Positions 55,903 to 64,000 of a stretch of 64,000 bases of DNA are shown piece after piece (position 1 is the stretch's first letter; each line of letters opens with the position of its first letter). The notes beneath the pieces are model-generated. The model ran no database searches and had not been told where the DNA came from. It saw only the letters and a program-made list of their open reading frames with translations. The DNA lies in NCBI GenBank assembly GCA_964365955.1, contig CAYISA010000001.1:18607-82606 (forward strand). The letters are read 5' to 3'. The position numbers and the translations under genes were made by a program. Source of the stretch: an uncultured Candidatus Saccharibacteria bacterium (GTDB taxonomy: Bacteria > Patescibacteriota > Minisyncoccia > UBA6257 > GWB1-50-10).

Positions 55903-56327
55903 GAAGGAATGGAATCCCGAACGCCGTCCGGGACATTACGTGGACTTGCGTTATAAGACGCGGCATTTGTAGGCATAAAACTCGGCGTTTCCGTACCGCG
56001 GTTATTTTCAAGGCAGATCCCTACCACGTATCCCTCGGGTGGCGCGGGAATATACGCATACTCGCCGCCCTGCGGATCGGTGGGAAGCCCCGGAATCACA
56101 CGCGCGACACCGGTTCCGTAAAATTGGTTCGCTGTAGGATACCGATTGGATGAGGAGTGATAGGCCTCAAGTCCATTCTGGATCTGCCGGATATCGGCGA
56201 TTCTACGGGCATCCCGTGCTCGGCTACGCGCAGGACCAATTCCCACAAGCACAACCGAAGAAAGGAGGCCGATAATCGCGACCACCACAAGCATCTCAAT
56301 TAATGTAAACCCACTGTTTTTTTTCAT
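55842..56327 (-). CDS. GspG-like type IV (pseudo)pilin, candidate major pilin A of cluster 2
   Basis: KKNSGFTLIEMLVVVAIIGLLSSVVLVGIGPARSRARDARRIADIRQIQNGLEAY, a classic GspG/PilA-type N-terminus. Confidence 0.8.
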   Translation of the reverse strand: MKKNSGFTLIEMLVVVAIIGLLSSVVLVGIGPARSRARDARRIADIRQIQNGLEAYHSSSNRYPTANQFYGTGVARVIPGLPTDPQGGEYAYIPAPPEGYVVGICLENNRGTETPSFMPTNAASYNASPRNVPDGVRDSIPSCTCADQNAYCVALGSQFGR

Positions 56328-56397
56328 AATTATATAACCGTCTTACAAATCCTGACCGGAGAAGAAAAAATCTCCGGTCGGGACTTTTAAAAAACAA

Positions 56398-56802
56398 TTA
56401 CTGACCTGCCGCCGCACAAATTTCCTGCCCAACGGTACACGATAACGCCGTAGGACACAGTCCAGTGCCTGCTGTAAAAGCCGTTGTTTCTCCGCAAGCG
56501 CCGAGTTTGTACCCCGTATTTACCCCATTCGCATCTGTAAGTACTTCATAAACATAAGCATCTCCCGAAGGACCTTGCATGGTAACCCCTGCGATTGCCG
56601 ACGAATCCGTTGGATACCCAGCCGGATTGATATACGCCGCCTCCAAACCGTTTTGGATCTGCTTTATATCGGCAGCTCTTTTTGCGTCTCGAGAACGTTC
56701 ACGCGCGCCGCCAAGCCCCAACACGACAACGGATGCCAAAAGACCGATAATGGCGACCACAATCAACATTTCGATAAGCGTAAACCCTTTATTTTGTTTC
56801 AT
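56398..56802 (-). CDS. GspG-like type IV (pseudo)pilin, paralogue B
   Basis: KQNKGFTLIEMLIVVAIIGLLASVVVLGLGGARERSRDAKRAADIKQIQNGLEAAY. 134 aa. Confidence 0.8.
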   Translation of the reverse strand: MKQNKGFTLIEMLIVVAIIGLLASVVVLGLGGARERSRDAKRAADIKQIQNGLEAAYINPAGYPTDSSAIAGVTMQGPSGDAYVYEVLTDANGVNTGYKLGACGETTAFTAGTGLCPTALSCTVGQEICAAAGQ

Positions 56803-56907
56803 TTGTTCTTATATAACCTGAAAGCGACCTTTTTGAATAGCGGTTTCATTATACACTATTGCGGCCCCCTGATACACGATATTGTCCACATGCTTTGCAT
56901 CATATCA

Positions 56908-58113
56908 CTAAAATCCTTTTGTCAGGTTGTATAAGGGGAGTAAAATAGAGGCAAAAAGACCCCCTACCATGACGCCGATAACTACAAGCAAAATAGGCTG
57001 AATCAGCTCCACCAAACTTCCGACCAAATCTTCCACCTCCCGCGTATAAAAAGAGCTGATCTTTGAAAGCAACTGTTCCAGACGCCCGGTGGTCTCTCCT
57101 ACGGAGATAAGCTGGGATACAAGCGGGGGAAAATAAGGGGAATCTTTGAGTGCCTGCGAAAGTAAAATACCTTTTCGCACGTTTTCCGCCGCCGTGTGAA
57201 GCACTTCCTGATAGATCGAGCTTCCGATGGTGTGGGACGAAATTTCAACCGCTTGCGGGATGGTAAGACCGCCCTGGATCAGCACTTTTGATGACTCGGC
57301 GAAGCGCGCGATATACAGTTTCTGAAACATTTTTCCGAAAATCGGCAACCGCAGGATAATTTCGTCTTTCACCGCTTTTCCTTCCTCGGTTTGGACGTAA
57401 TTGATTGCGACCATCAGAAAGCCGATAAAAATGATTAAGAGCGCCCACCACCAATTCCCGAAAAATGTCCCCGTCGCAAGCAACACTTTTGTGATAAACG
57501 GCAACTCAACTTTTGATTCCGCGAAAATGGGCATCATCTGCGGCAAGACCATGGTGAGCATGACGATCACCACCGCGACAAAAAGCAAAATCACGAAAAT
57601 CGGATAGATGAGCGCGTTCCGCACTTTTCCGAGCAATCGCGCCTGGCTTTCCAGATAATCTGCCAAAAAATCGAGCACCTCGCCCAAGCGTCCTGTGACC
57701 TCCGCGGACTTTACCATGTTCACATAAAACTCGGAAAATACGCTCGGATGCCGCCCCAGCGCCTGCGAAAGCGAAAAACCGGATTGGATGTCGCGGCTTA
57801 ATTCCGCGATGACCTGTTTTAGCGTGGGACGCGTCGTCTGCTGGTATAGGTTCCGTAATGTATCCCCCAACGGAACCTGGGACGCGAGAAGTGTCGCAAA
57901 TTGCCGCGTAAAAATCATCAAATCCGCCGTGCGGACACGTTCAAAAAAACTGGAAATGTTCTCCCACCAATTCGCGCTCTTGATCGCTTCGACGCTCAAG
58001 ATAAAAAGCCCGTGGCTCAACAAAATGTTCGCCGCCGCATCGCGGCTGGTGGCTTCTACATTACCGATTTGGAGCTCCCCCTCTTTTGTGCGTGCTTTAT
58101 AATTGAACTTCAT
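56908..58113 (-). CDS. pilC: type IV pilus platform protein PilC/GspF (copy 2)
   Basis: Two GspF repeats and 3 TM helices. 401 aa. Confidence 0.85.
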   Translation of the reverse strand: MKFNYKARTKEGELQIGNVEATSRDAAANILLSHGLFILSVEAIKSANWWENISSFFERVRTADLMIFTRQFATLLASQVPLGDTLRNLYQQTTRPTLKQVIAELSRDIQSGFSLSQALGRHPSVFSEFYVNMVKSAEVTGRLGEVLDFLADYLESQARLLGKVRNALIYPIFVILLFVAVVIVMLTMVLPQMMPIFAESKVELPFITKVLLATGTFFGNWWWALLIIFIGFLMVAINYVQTEEGKAVKDEIILRLPIFGKMFQKLYIARFAESSKVLIQGGLTIPQAVEISSHTIGSSIYQEVLHTAAENVRKGILLSQALKDSPYFPPLVSQLISVGETTGRLEQLLSKISSFYTREVEDLVGSLVELIQPILLVVIGVMVGGLFASILLPLYNLTKGF

Positions 58114-58126
58114 TGGTGATGTGGTT

Positions 58127-59200
58127 TTAACTGCGCTCGAGCAAAATGCGCAGTTCCGCAGGGTTTAGTGAGAATCCTTCAGCCTGTTCCAACGACACTT
58201 CTTTATTGCGCACCAAGTTCACCAGCGAACGGTTCAGCGAGATCATGCCTTCTTGCACGCTGGTCTCGATCACAAGATCGATCTGGTAAATTTTCCGCTC
58301 ACGAATAAGATTCCGCACCGCGGAATTCGAAAGCATGATTTCCATTGCCGGCACGCGTCCGCCGCCCACCCGCGGCACCAGCCGTTCCGACACGATGGCC
58401 ACGAGCGTCGATGCGAGCTGAGACACCACCTGCCCCTGTTGTTCCGGCGGAAAACTGTCGATAATGCGGTCAATCGTCTGGGAAGCCGAATTGGTGTGGA
58501 GCGTGGAGAATACCAAATGTCCGGTCTCCGCCGCCGTCATGGACGTTGCGATCGTTTCGGGATCGCGCATTTCACCGATCATGATCACATCCGGGTCCTG
58601 TCGCAATACCGCGCGAAGCGCCTCGTGAAACGAGATGGCGTCTTGCCCCACTTCGCGTTGGGAGATAATACACCGGTCCTGTGAAAAAATATACTCGATG
58701 GGGTCTTCGACGGTAATGATGTGTTCTGTATATTTATGATTCACCTCGTCCAAAACCGCCGCAAGCGTAGTGGATTTTCCGTGTCCGGCCGGGCCCACCA
58801 CCAGAATGAAACCTTGGTTCAGTTTTGCAAAATCATGCAGGATGGGCGGCAATCCCAACTCTTCGATGGTCCGAATGCGCGCGGGAATAAGCCGCAGTGC
58901 GGCCGCCATGAATCCGCGCTGATAAAATACGTTCACGCGAAATCGCGCTTTGTCTTCGTAGTTATACGAAAAGTCCACCTGCTTCAAAGCCCCAAAGCGG
59001 CTTTTCTGTTCTTCGTTTAAAAGAGCCATCACTAACCCCTCCGCGTCTTCTTTTGTTAGAATTGGTTCTTTCGCAAGCGGGATCAAAACACTGTCCACGC
59101 GAATCGTGGGGCGGCGTCCCACTGCGATATGAAGGTCCGACGCATTCTGGCGCGCTGTAGTAAGGAGAAGTTCATTCAGCTTTTCCTTGAAATTCATCAT
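58127..59200 (-). CDS. pilT: twitching-motility/retraction ATPase PilT
   Basis: Short N-terminus (PilT-type), Walker A VVGPAGHGKSTT, Asp/His boxes. 357 aa. Confidence 0.85.
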   Translation of the reverse strand: MMNFKEKLNELLLTTARQNASDLHIAVGRRPTIRVDSVLIPLAKEPILTKEDAEGLVMALLNEEQKSRFGALKQVDFSYNYEDKARFRVNVFYQRGFMAAALRLIPARIRTIEELGLPPILHDFAKLNQGFILVVGPAGHGKSTTLAAVLDEVNHKYTEHIITVEDPIEYIFSQDRCIISQREVGQDAISFHEALRAVLRQDPDVIMIGEMRDPETIATSMTAAETGHLVFSTLHTNSASQTIDRIIDSFPPEQQGQVVSQLASTLVAIVSERLVPRVGGGRVPAMEIMLSNSAVRNLIRERKIYQIDLVIETSVQEGMISLNRSLVNLVRNKEVSLEQAEGFSLNPAELRILLERS

Positions 59201-59234
59201 GCGTAGTTAATTGTAGCGAATTTTCCTTAGTCCG

Positions 59235-60980
59235 TCACGCTTCTCCACGAAACGTTTCGGTAGTTTCGGTTATAACCTCTTCAATCAATACTTTTCCTTC
59301 AAGCGCTTTCAATATGCCATCCTGCCGGAGAGATATAAATCCCTGCCGATGAGCCTCATCAAGAATCGTTCCTTCGGTGAACCCTTTCGTAATCGCGTCA
59401 CCTAATTCTCGCGTCATCCGGAACATTTCGAATAGTGCGAGACGCCCCACGCTTCCCTTTCCTTTACAGATTTTGCACGTCGGTTTCGGCTCCGCTTTAT
59501 AGATTGTGTACGGCGATCGATACGACACTATTTTTTGCACATCCGCAGGAAGCGCATGAAGCGCCGCGTCAATGCTTTTAGAAATTTCTTGGGATGCCGG
59601 ACGCGGAACTTTGCATTCGGGACAAAGGTGGAGCACTAGCCGCTGGGAAAGCATGAGATTCAAGGCGGATGAAAGCAAAAAAGGTTCCACCTTCAAGTCC
59701 ACAAGGCGCGGGACAACTCCGATCGCATTATTTGTGTGGATCGTTGAAAGCACGATGTGGCCGGTCAGAGCGGCGTTCACCGCAAGATCCGCCGTTTCCG
59801 AATCGCGGACCTCACCCACCATAATCACATCCGGATCTTGACGCAAAATCTGCCGCAGTCCGGAGGCAAAGGTGTAACCGATTTCCGGCCGCACCTGCGA
59901 CTGATTCACGCCGTCCATAAAATACTCAACCGGATCTTCGAGCGTCACCACATTATATGCGTCGCTGTTGAACCGCTGAAGAATTGCGTAAAGTGTTGTG
60001 GATTTTCCAGAGCCGGTGGGACCGCTGATCAAAACCATCCCATACGGCCGCGTAACGGCTTCTGTGACAATCGCGGAATGCCACGCACTAAGTCCAAGTT
60101 GATCGAGCCCCTTCAAACCCGTCGCGCTGTCCAAAACACGGATCGCGGTTTTTTCTCCCGAAGGAGTGGGAAATGTCGCCACGCGGTAATCAACATCTCT
60201 ACCAAAAATAAACGTGCGGAATCGTCCGTCTTGCGGAATGCGGGATTCGTCGAGTTTCATGCGCGCCAAAACCTTCACGCGCGACAAAACCGGCTGGGAA
60301 AGCGACGGCGGGAGCGAAGATATTTCCTTCAGTTTCCCGTCTACGCGGAATCGTATTCGCAGACGATTTTTCTGCGGCTCGATATGAATGTCCGATGCGT
60401 TCGATTCAACGGCCTCGCGGAGCGTCGATGCCACAATCTTGATGATCGGCGCGTCGTCGCGTGATCCTCCGCTTTCCAATTCCACCTGCTCGTCTTCCTC
60501 CACAACTTTTCCGATCTCCCGCACCGCCGCCTGCAATTCGGATTCAAATGGAGCGTATTTTCGAAGAACGGCATTTAAATCGGAGAAGGTGATCAAATAG
60601 ATCCCCAAGCTCACTCCTTCTTTTTTTGCAATAAACTTAAGCGCCTCCTGCGCGCGCAAATCATCGGGATGAAACATTCCCACCACGAGAAGTTTTTTCT
60701 GTTTTTCAATCGGAACCACACGATAGGTCACGGCCGTTTCCTGCGGAATAATTTTTAAAAGCTCCTCCCCGATGGATTCGGGATTAACTTTTTTGTACGG
60801 AATTCCAAGCAACTCGCTTTTTACACCCGCCACCACGCTTTCCTCCACGGTTTTCCGTTCATAGAGAATTTCTTCCGCCGAACGATTTACAAACGCTCCG
60901 TCTCGGAGCGCTCGATCGGCAACATCCTCCCCCACCAGCTGCCTTTTTACCAATTCTTTGATGAGTTCCTGATCGGTCAT
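59235..60980 (-). CDS. pilB: type IV pilus assembly ATPase PilB/GspE (copy 2)
   Basis: GspII-like N-terminal domain, Walker A LISGPTGSGKSTT, tetra-Cys (CPEC...CKIC). 581 aa. Confidence 0.9.
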   Translation of the reverse strand: MTDQELIKELVKRQLVGEDVADRALRDGAFVNRSAEEILYERKTVEESVVAGVKSELLGIPYKKVNPESIGEELLKIIPQETAVTYRVVPIEKQKKLLVVGMFHPDDLRAQEALKFIAKKEGVSLGIYLITFSDLNAVLRKYAPFESELQAAVREIGKVVEEDEQVELESGGSRDDAPIIKIVASTLREAVESNASDIHIEPQKNRLRIRFRVDGKLKEISSLPPSLSQPVLSRVKVLARMKLDESRIPQDGRFRTFIFGRDVDYRVATFPTPSGEKTAIRVLDSATGLKGLDQLGLSAWHSAIVTEAVTRPYGMVLISGPTGSGKSTTLYAILQRFNSDAYNVVTLEDPVEYFMDGVNQSQVRPEIGYTFASGLRQILRQDPDVIMVGEVRDSETADLAVNAALTGHIVLSTIHTNNAIGVVPRLVDLKVEPFLLSSALNLMLSQRLVLHLCPECKVPRPASQEISKSIDAALHALPADVQKIVSYRSPYTIYKAEPKPTCKICKGKGSVGRLALFEMFRMTRELGDAITKGFTEGTILDEAHRQGFISLRQDGILKALEGKVLIEEVITETTETFRGEA

Positions 60981-60989
60981 GCGAAAAAA

Positions 60990-61304
60990 TTATGGCTTGA
61001 AGGGATTGCTTTTCCCGGTCGCCGGCAACACAAGCGCGGAAGCAAAATTTTGGAGCAGGGCAAACACCTTCGCTTCTCGTTCCTGGGACGTGGGATCAAG
61101 AACCGAGGTGGGATCGAAATTTTTTGTTGAGCTCGAGATGGTCGAAATTTCTTTGAAGGTTCCGGGGAGTACGACTTCGATTTTTTCCGGCTGTTTGAAA
61201 AAGAGATAATATCCGCCGCCAAAAACACCGACGATGACCACGGCAAAGGTCAGGATAGTGATCCAATTTACTGGTTTTTTCTCTTCTTCTACAAGGATTG
61301 CCAT
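60990..61304 (-). CDS. small membrane protein (104 aa), pilus-cluster associated
   Basis: Single TM WITILTFAVVIVGVFGGGYYLFF. Position matches PilP/inner-membrane accessory proteins, but no diagnostic motif. Confidence 0.35.
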   Translation of the reverse strand: MAILVEEEKKPVNWITILTFAVVIVGVFGGGYYLFFKQPEKIEVVLPGTFKEISTISSSTKNFDPTSVLDPTSQEREAKVFALLQNFASALVLPATGKSNPFKP

Positions 61305-61313
61305 ATTTTTAAT

Positions 61314-61898
61314 TTATTGCACGGGGTTTTGATAAAACATATCGATGGACAAATCGAGTGCGTCTCCTACGCCTGCTTCCTTGCCTATCCCGGGTGTGAA
61401 CTTGAACGTTCGTACGTTCGCTACACGGATATTCTTTTCCACGAGCTCAAGAAATTTTTTAAGATTTTCATAGACGCCGCGCGCGGACACCGTAACGTTC
61501 ACGGCCCCCATTGGTTTCACAATGGTAATTTTTGCTTTCGAAGCGGAAAGAAAGGGGGGGGTGATTTTAAATCCCAAGGACGTAACGGTGGCATTCGTCG
61601 TTTTGGCAACCGCATTAATCTGTCGTAAGGCTCCGATCGTATCCGAACCTGCGGGCATCGCGAGGGAAACCGAAGCTTGTAGCTGGGGAAGATTACGAAA
61701 CTGCGCGATCAATTTTTGGACTTCGTCCACCGCCTGTTTCTGAACGTTAAAAAGGGATTGCTTCGATGCGATCTCTCCTCGCTCTTTTGAGATATTTTTT
61801 GCCTCGGGAACGATTAAATTAAAATAGATGATCGCCACGCCGATAAAAAGGGCAACCGAGAGCCCGATACTTAAAATTCTTTTTGTGGAAATTCTCAT
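61314..61898 (-). CDS. PilO-like pilus assembly protein
   Basis: N-terminal TM ILSIGLSVALFIGVAIIYFNLI, coiled coil, C-terminal ferredoxin-like region. Downstream of pilN. Confidence 0.6.
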   Translation of the reverse strand: MRISTKRILSIGLSVALFIGVAIIYFNLIVPEAKNISKERGEIASKQSLFNVQKQAVDEVQKLIAQFRNLPQLQASVSLAMPAGSDTIGALRQINAVAKTTNATVTSLGFKITPPFLSASKAKITIVKPMGAVNVTVSARGVYENLKKFLELVEKNIRVANVRTFKFTPGIGKEAGVGDALDLSIDMFYQNPVQ

Positions 61899-61903
61899 GA
61901 AAA

Positions 61904-62479
61904 TTAAAATGCCGGCTTGGTAAGGAAGTCATCCTTGAACGTAATTTTGATGGTGAACACCGTGTTGCCGCTTGCGAGCGATACCTTATCGAGTGCGATC
62001 ACAGCAACCTCGGGCTGACGCTCAAAAACCGTAACTTGTCCGGCGACCGCATCAAACTCGGGAGTCGTTCCATCAAGCGTCAATGTCTGCGAGTCCCCCT
62101 CCATACTCGCGTTTGTATAGGCAACGGAAGGAACGGTATTTTTTTCGAGAAAAGAAAAGATATTATAAGAGAAAAGGTGATCGCCAAGCGCTTTTTTTAA
62201 ATTGACGATCTGCGAATAAAAACTCACAAATTTTTCTTTGTCTTCGCTGGTAACTTGTTTTGCCAACTGATCAATCGAGGCATCCACCCGTTTTCTTTCG
62301 CCCGCCAAATACGACGTGTACCCGAACTTCAGTCCGACAAAAACAAAGATAGAAAATAGAAAAAGAAACGCCGCCGAAATAAGCAACCGCCACGGCCACC
62401 CCACGGGCAGTTTCTCGGTTAAAAATTCCTCCGAAAATTGTGAAGTTCTAGCTACTGGCTGAACTCCCGTTTGATCCAT
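61904..62479 (-). CDS. PilN-like pilus assembly protein
   Basis: Cytoplasmic N-terminal stretch, TM WRLLISAAFLFLFSIFVFVGL, periplasmic domain. Start overlaps pilM. Confidence 0.6.
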   Translation of the reverse strand: MDQTGVQPVARTSQFSEEFLTEKLPVGWPWRLLISAAFLFLFSIFVFVGLKFGYTSYLAGERKRVDASIDQLAKQVTSEDKEKFVSFYSQIVNLKKALGDHLFSYNIFSFLEKNTVPSVAYTNASMEGDSQTLTLDGTTPEFDAVAGQVTVFERQPEVAVIALDKVSLASGNTVFTIKITFKDDFLTKPAF

Positions 62480-63572
62480 AAAATAGTTTCATCGCAAGAC
62501 CCGTGGAGAGCGCGAACGTATTGCTCAATTCCTTCATGAGTGGCTCCATCCCCTGGGGGTACTGTATCTTTGAAAACGGCCGAAGCCCTCCTACCATAAT
62601 CCCCATCTGTTCTTCGACGTGTTCCCGGATGCCCGGAAGATTTGCCCCCCCGCCCGTAAGCAACACTTTTTCGATCGTGCGTCCCGTCGCTTGCTCAAAA
62701 ATTCCCCGCACGCGGCTTGCTTCCTGTATTATAACATCTAAAAAGGGCGCAAGCGATGTTGATAATTCGGTTTCTCCTCCAAATCCTTCAAGCCCGCGTC
62801 GTTTTTTAAGCTCCTCCGCGCGCCACGGGCTGATCTCCAAACTGCGCGCGAGCGCTTGCGTGAGCGATGCTCCTCCGTAATCCGACTGCCCTACTTGCTT
62901 AACATGGCGTCCTTCAATTACGGCAAACTGGGTGGATTCCGCACCTAGGTCAATAAGTAGCGCCGGCGCGTTTTCGCCCTCATAGAGCGTCCGCACTAAT
63001 GCGTAGCTTTCAATCTCCACGGCGGCCAGATGCACACCCGCGCCTCTAAAAATGGCTTTGTAAGTTTCGATCAAATCATTCGGAACCGCGGTGAGTAGAA
63101 TATGCTGAAAAGGCTGGCCCTGTGCATTCGTAAAATCTTCCATCTTCACCCAATCGAGTGTCGTCGTGTTCAGCGCAACCGGAATATACTGCCGGGCCTG
63201 AAACAATACCGCATTCTGCGTCTCTTTGAGCGGCATAGCAGGCAGTTCGATAGGAACGATAAAAACCCGAAAGAGCGGAACGGAAGCCACGGCACGATCC
63301 GTCTGCACCTTCATTTCCCGCAGGAGTGTTTTTAGAAGAGCGGAAGTCCGTTTTACATCAAGACGTAGCGATGTGGTCTGTACCGCCTCATTCGGCCGAT
63401 CCAAATAATCCTTCTTCTCAAGGATTCCGTAATTCGTGAGCGCGACACCGTCCGCAAGACGCTCCAACTCCACGGCCTTAAGCGCCACCGTGCCGATATC
63501 CACCCCAAGCGCTCGTTTCACTTTAAGAAATTGGGTGACATCCGTAAAAAAATCTTTAATGCCAAAATTCAT
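62448..63572 (-). CDS. pilM: type IV pilus assembly ATPase-fold protein PilM
   Basis: LGVDIGTVALKAVEL actin-like phosphate-1 motif, 374 aa, immediately upstream of pilN/pilO. Confidence 0.8.
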   Translation of the reverse strand: MNFGIKDFFTDVTQFLKVKRALGVDIGTVALKAVELERLADGVALTNYGILEKKDYLDRPNEAVQTTSLRLDVKRTSALLKTLLREMKVQTDRAVASVPLFRVFIVPIELPAMPLKETQNAVLFQARQYIPVALNTTTLDWVKMEDFTNAQGQPFQHILLTAVPNDLIETYKAIFRGAGVHLAAVEIESYALVRTLYEGENAPALLIDLGAESTQFAVIEGRHVKQVGQSDYGGASLTQALARSLEISPWRAEELKKRRGLEGFGGETELSTSLAPFLDVIIQEASRVRGIFEQATGRTIEKVLLTGGGANLPGIREHVEEQMGIMVGGLRPFSKIQYPQGMEPLMKELSNTFALSTGLAMKLFYGSNGSSASS

Positions 63573-63610
63573 TTCCTATTCATTGTAACACAGATTTGCG
63601 GGATCCTTTT

Positions 63611-64000
63611 ATGTTTTCTAAAATAGCAGTTATGAAGCTTCGCAATATTATTTTTTCGCTCGGGACACTGCTCTTCCCTATGCGGTGCCCGGGCTGTAAC
63701 ACCGTCATGCCGGGATCCGATCCGTCCACGCGCCTCTGCGAAACCTGCCAAAATTCCATCGCACTTTTAAGCGGAGTGTACTGCTCTGTCTGCGGGAGAC
63801 GCCTATCCGAAACAGTTCGCCACCCGCACTCCAACCATATTCTTTTCCCCGCAACGGATTTTAAAACCACCGCCATACGAAATTGCATCCATGCACTAAA
63901 ATACCGCCGTGAACGCCTGGTAGCACGCATCTGTGCAGAACTTCTTTTTTTGTATCTCAAAAAAATAGAGCGCTCATATGATCTTTCTTTCGGAAAATGG
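63611..64000 (+). CDS. ComF-family (phosphoribosyltransferase-like competence protein); N-terminal part only, runs off the window end
   Basis: Hand translation gives MFSKIAVMKLRNIIFSLGTLLFPMRCPGCNTVMPGSDPSTRLCETCQNSIALLSGVYCSVCGRRLSE... with the double zinc-ribbon typical of ComFC. No stop before the window end, so it is absent from the ORF track. Confidence 0.5.
   Translation, partial: MFSKIAVMKLRNIIFSLGTLLFPMRCPGCNTVMPGSDPSTRLCETCQNSIALLSGVYCSVCGRRLSETVRHPHSNHILFPATDFKTTAIRNCIHALKYRRERLVARICAELLFLYLKKIERSYDLSFGKW

Noticed and set aside
63580-63960. 126-aa minus-strand ORF (MRYKKRSSAQMRATRR...)
   Set aside because: It is antisense to a better-supported plus-strand comF-like frame with zinc-ribbon motifs, and is highly Arg-rich and low-complexity.

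Overview
This 64 kb stretch reads as a contiguous chromosomal segment from a small-genome, probably monoderm bacterium. The gene content resembles Candidate Phyla Radiation / Patescibacteria lineages, but that placement is an inference from protein types only and was not checked against any database. Housekeeping genes present are cysS, dnaB, recR, rplU, recG, pheS/pheT, a CCA-adding enzyme gene, gatC/gatA and ligA. There are eight tRNA genes (Ala, Pro, Arg, Lys, Met x2, Asp); three lack an encoded CCA. Two separate type IV pilus / pseudopilus gene clusters lie at about 16.0-29.7 kb and 52.6-63.6 kb. Neither has a secretin. Between them they carry two pilB, two pilC, one pilT, pilD, pilM/N/O plus a pilM-N fusion, two GspG-like pilins and at least nine pseudopilins, and a partial comF-like gene follows the second cluster. 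A 1855-aa surface protein sits in the first pilus operon, and two other large secreted repeat proteins are present. Two secreted proteins end in Bacteroidota-type T9SS C-terminal sorting domains, which is unexpected in this context. Between pheS and gatA is an accessory island: tRNA-Met x2, an NlpC/P60 plus C39-like peptidase pair, tRNA-Asp, and a complete diversity-generating retroelement (DGR). The DGR has a reverse transcriptase with the DGR-type LGNLTSQ motif, an Avd-like gene, a 122-bp template repeat and two target genes whose 3' variable repeats differ from the template only at template adenines. The most unusual unexplained signal is a family of three ~115-nt elements lying downstream of tRNA-Met, tRNA-Asp and tRNA-Pro. 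Each has a conserved core ending in CGGGGGAGAAARA followed by a near-perfect copy of the last 17-32 nt of the adjacent tRNA, and each begins with an inverted copy of that tRNA's T-arm.
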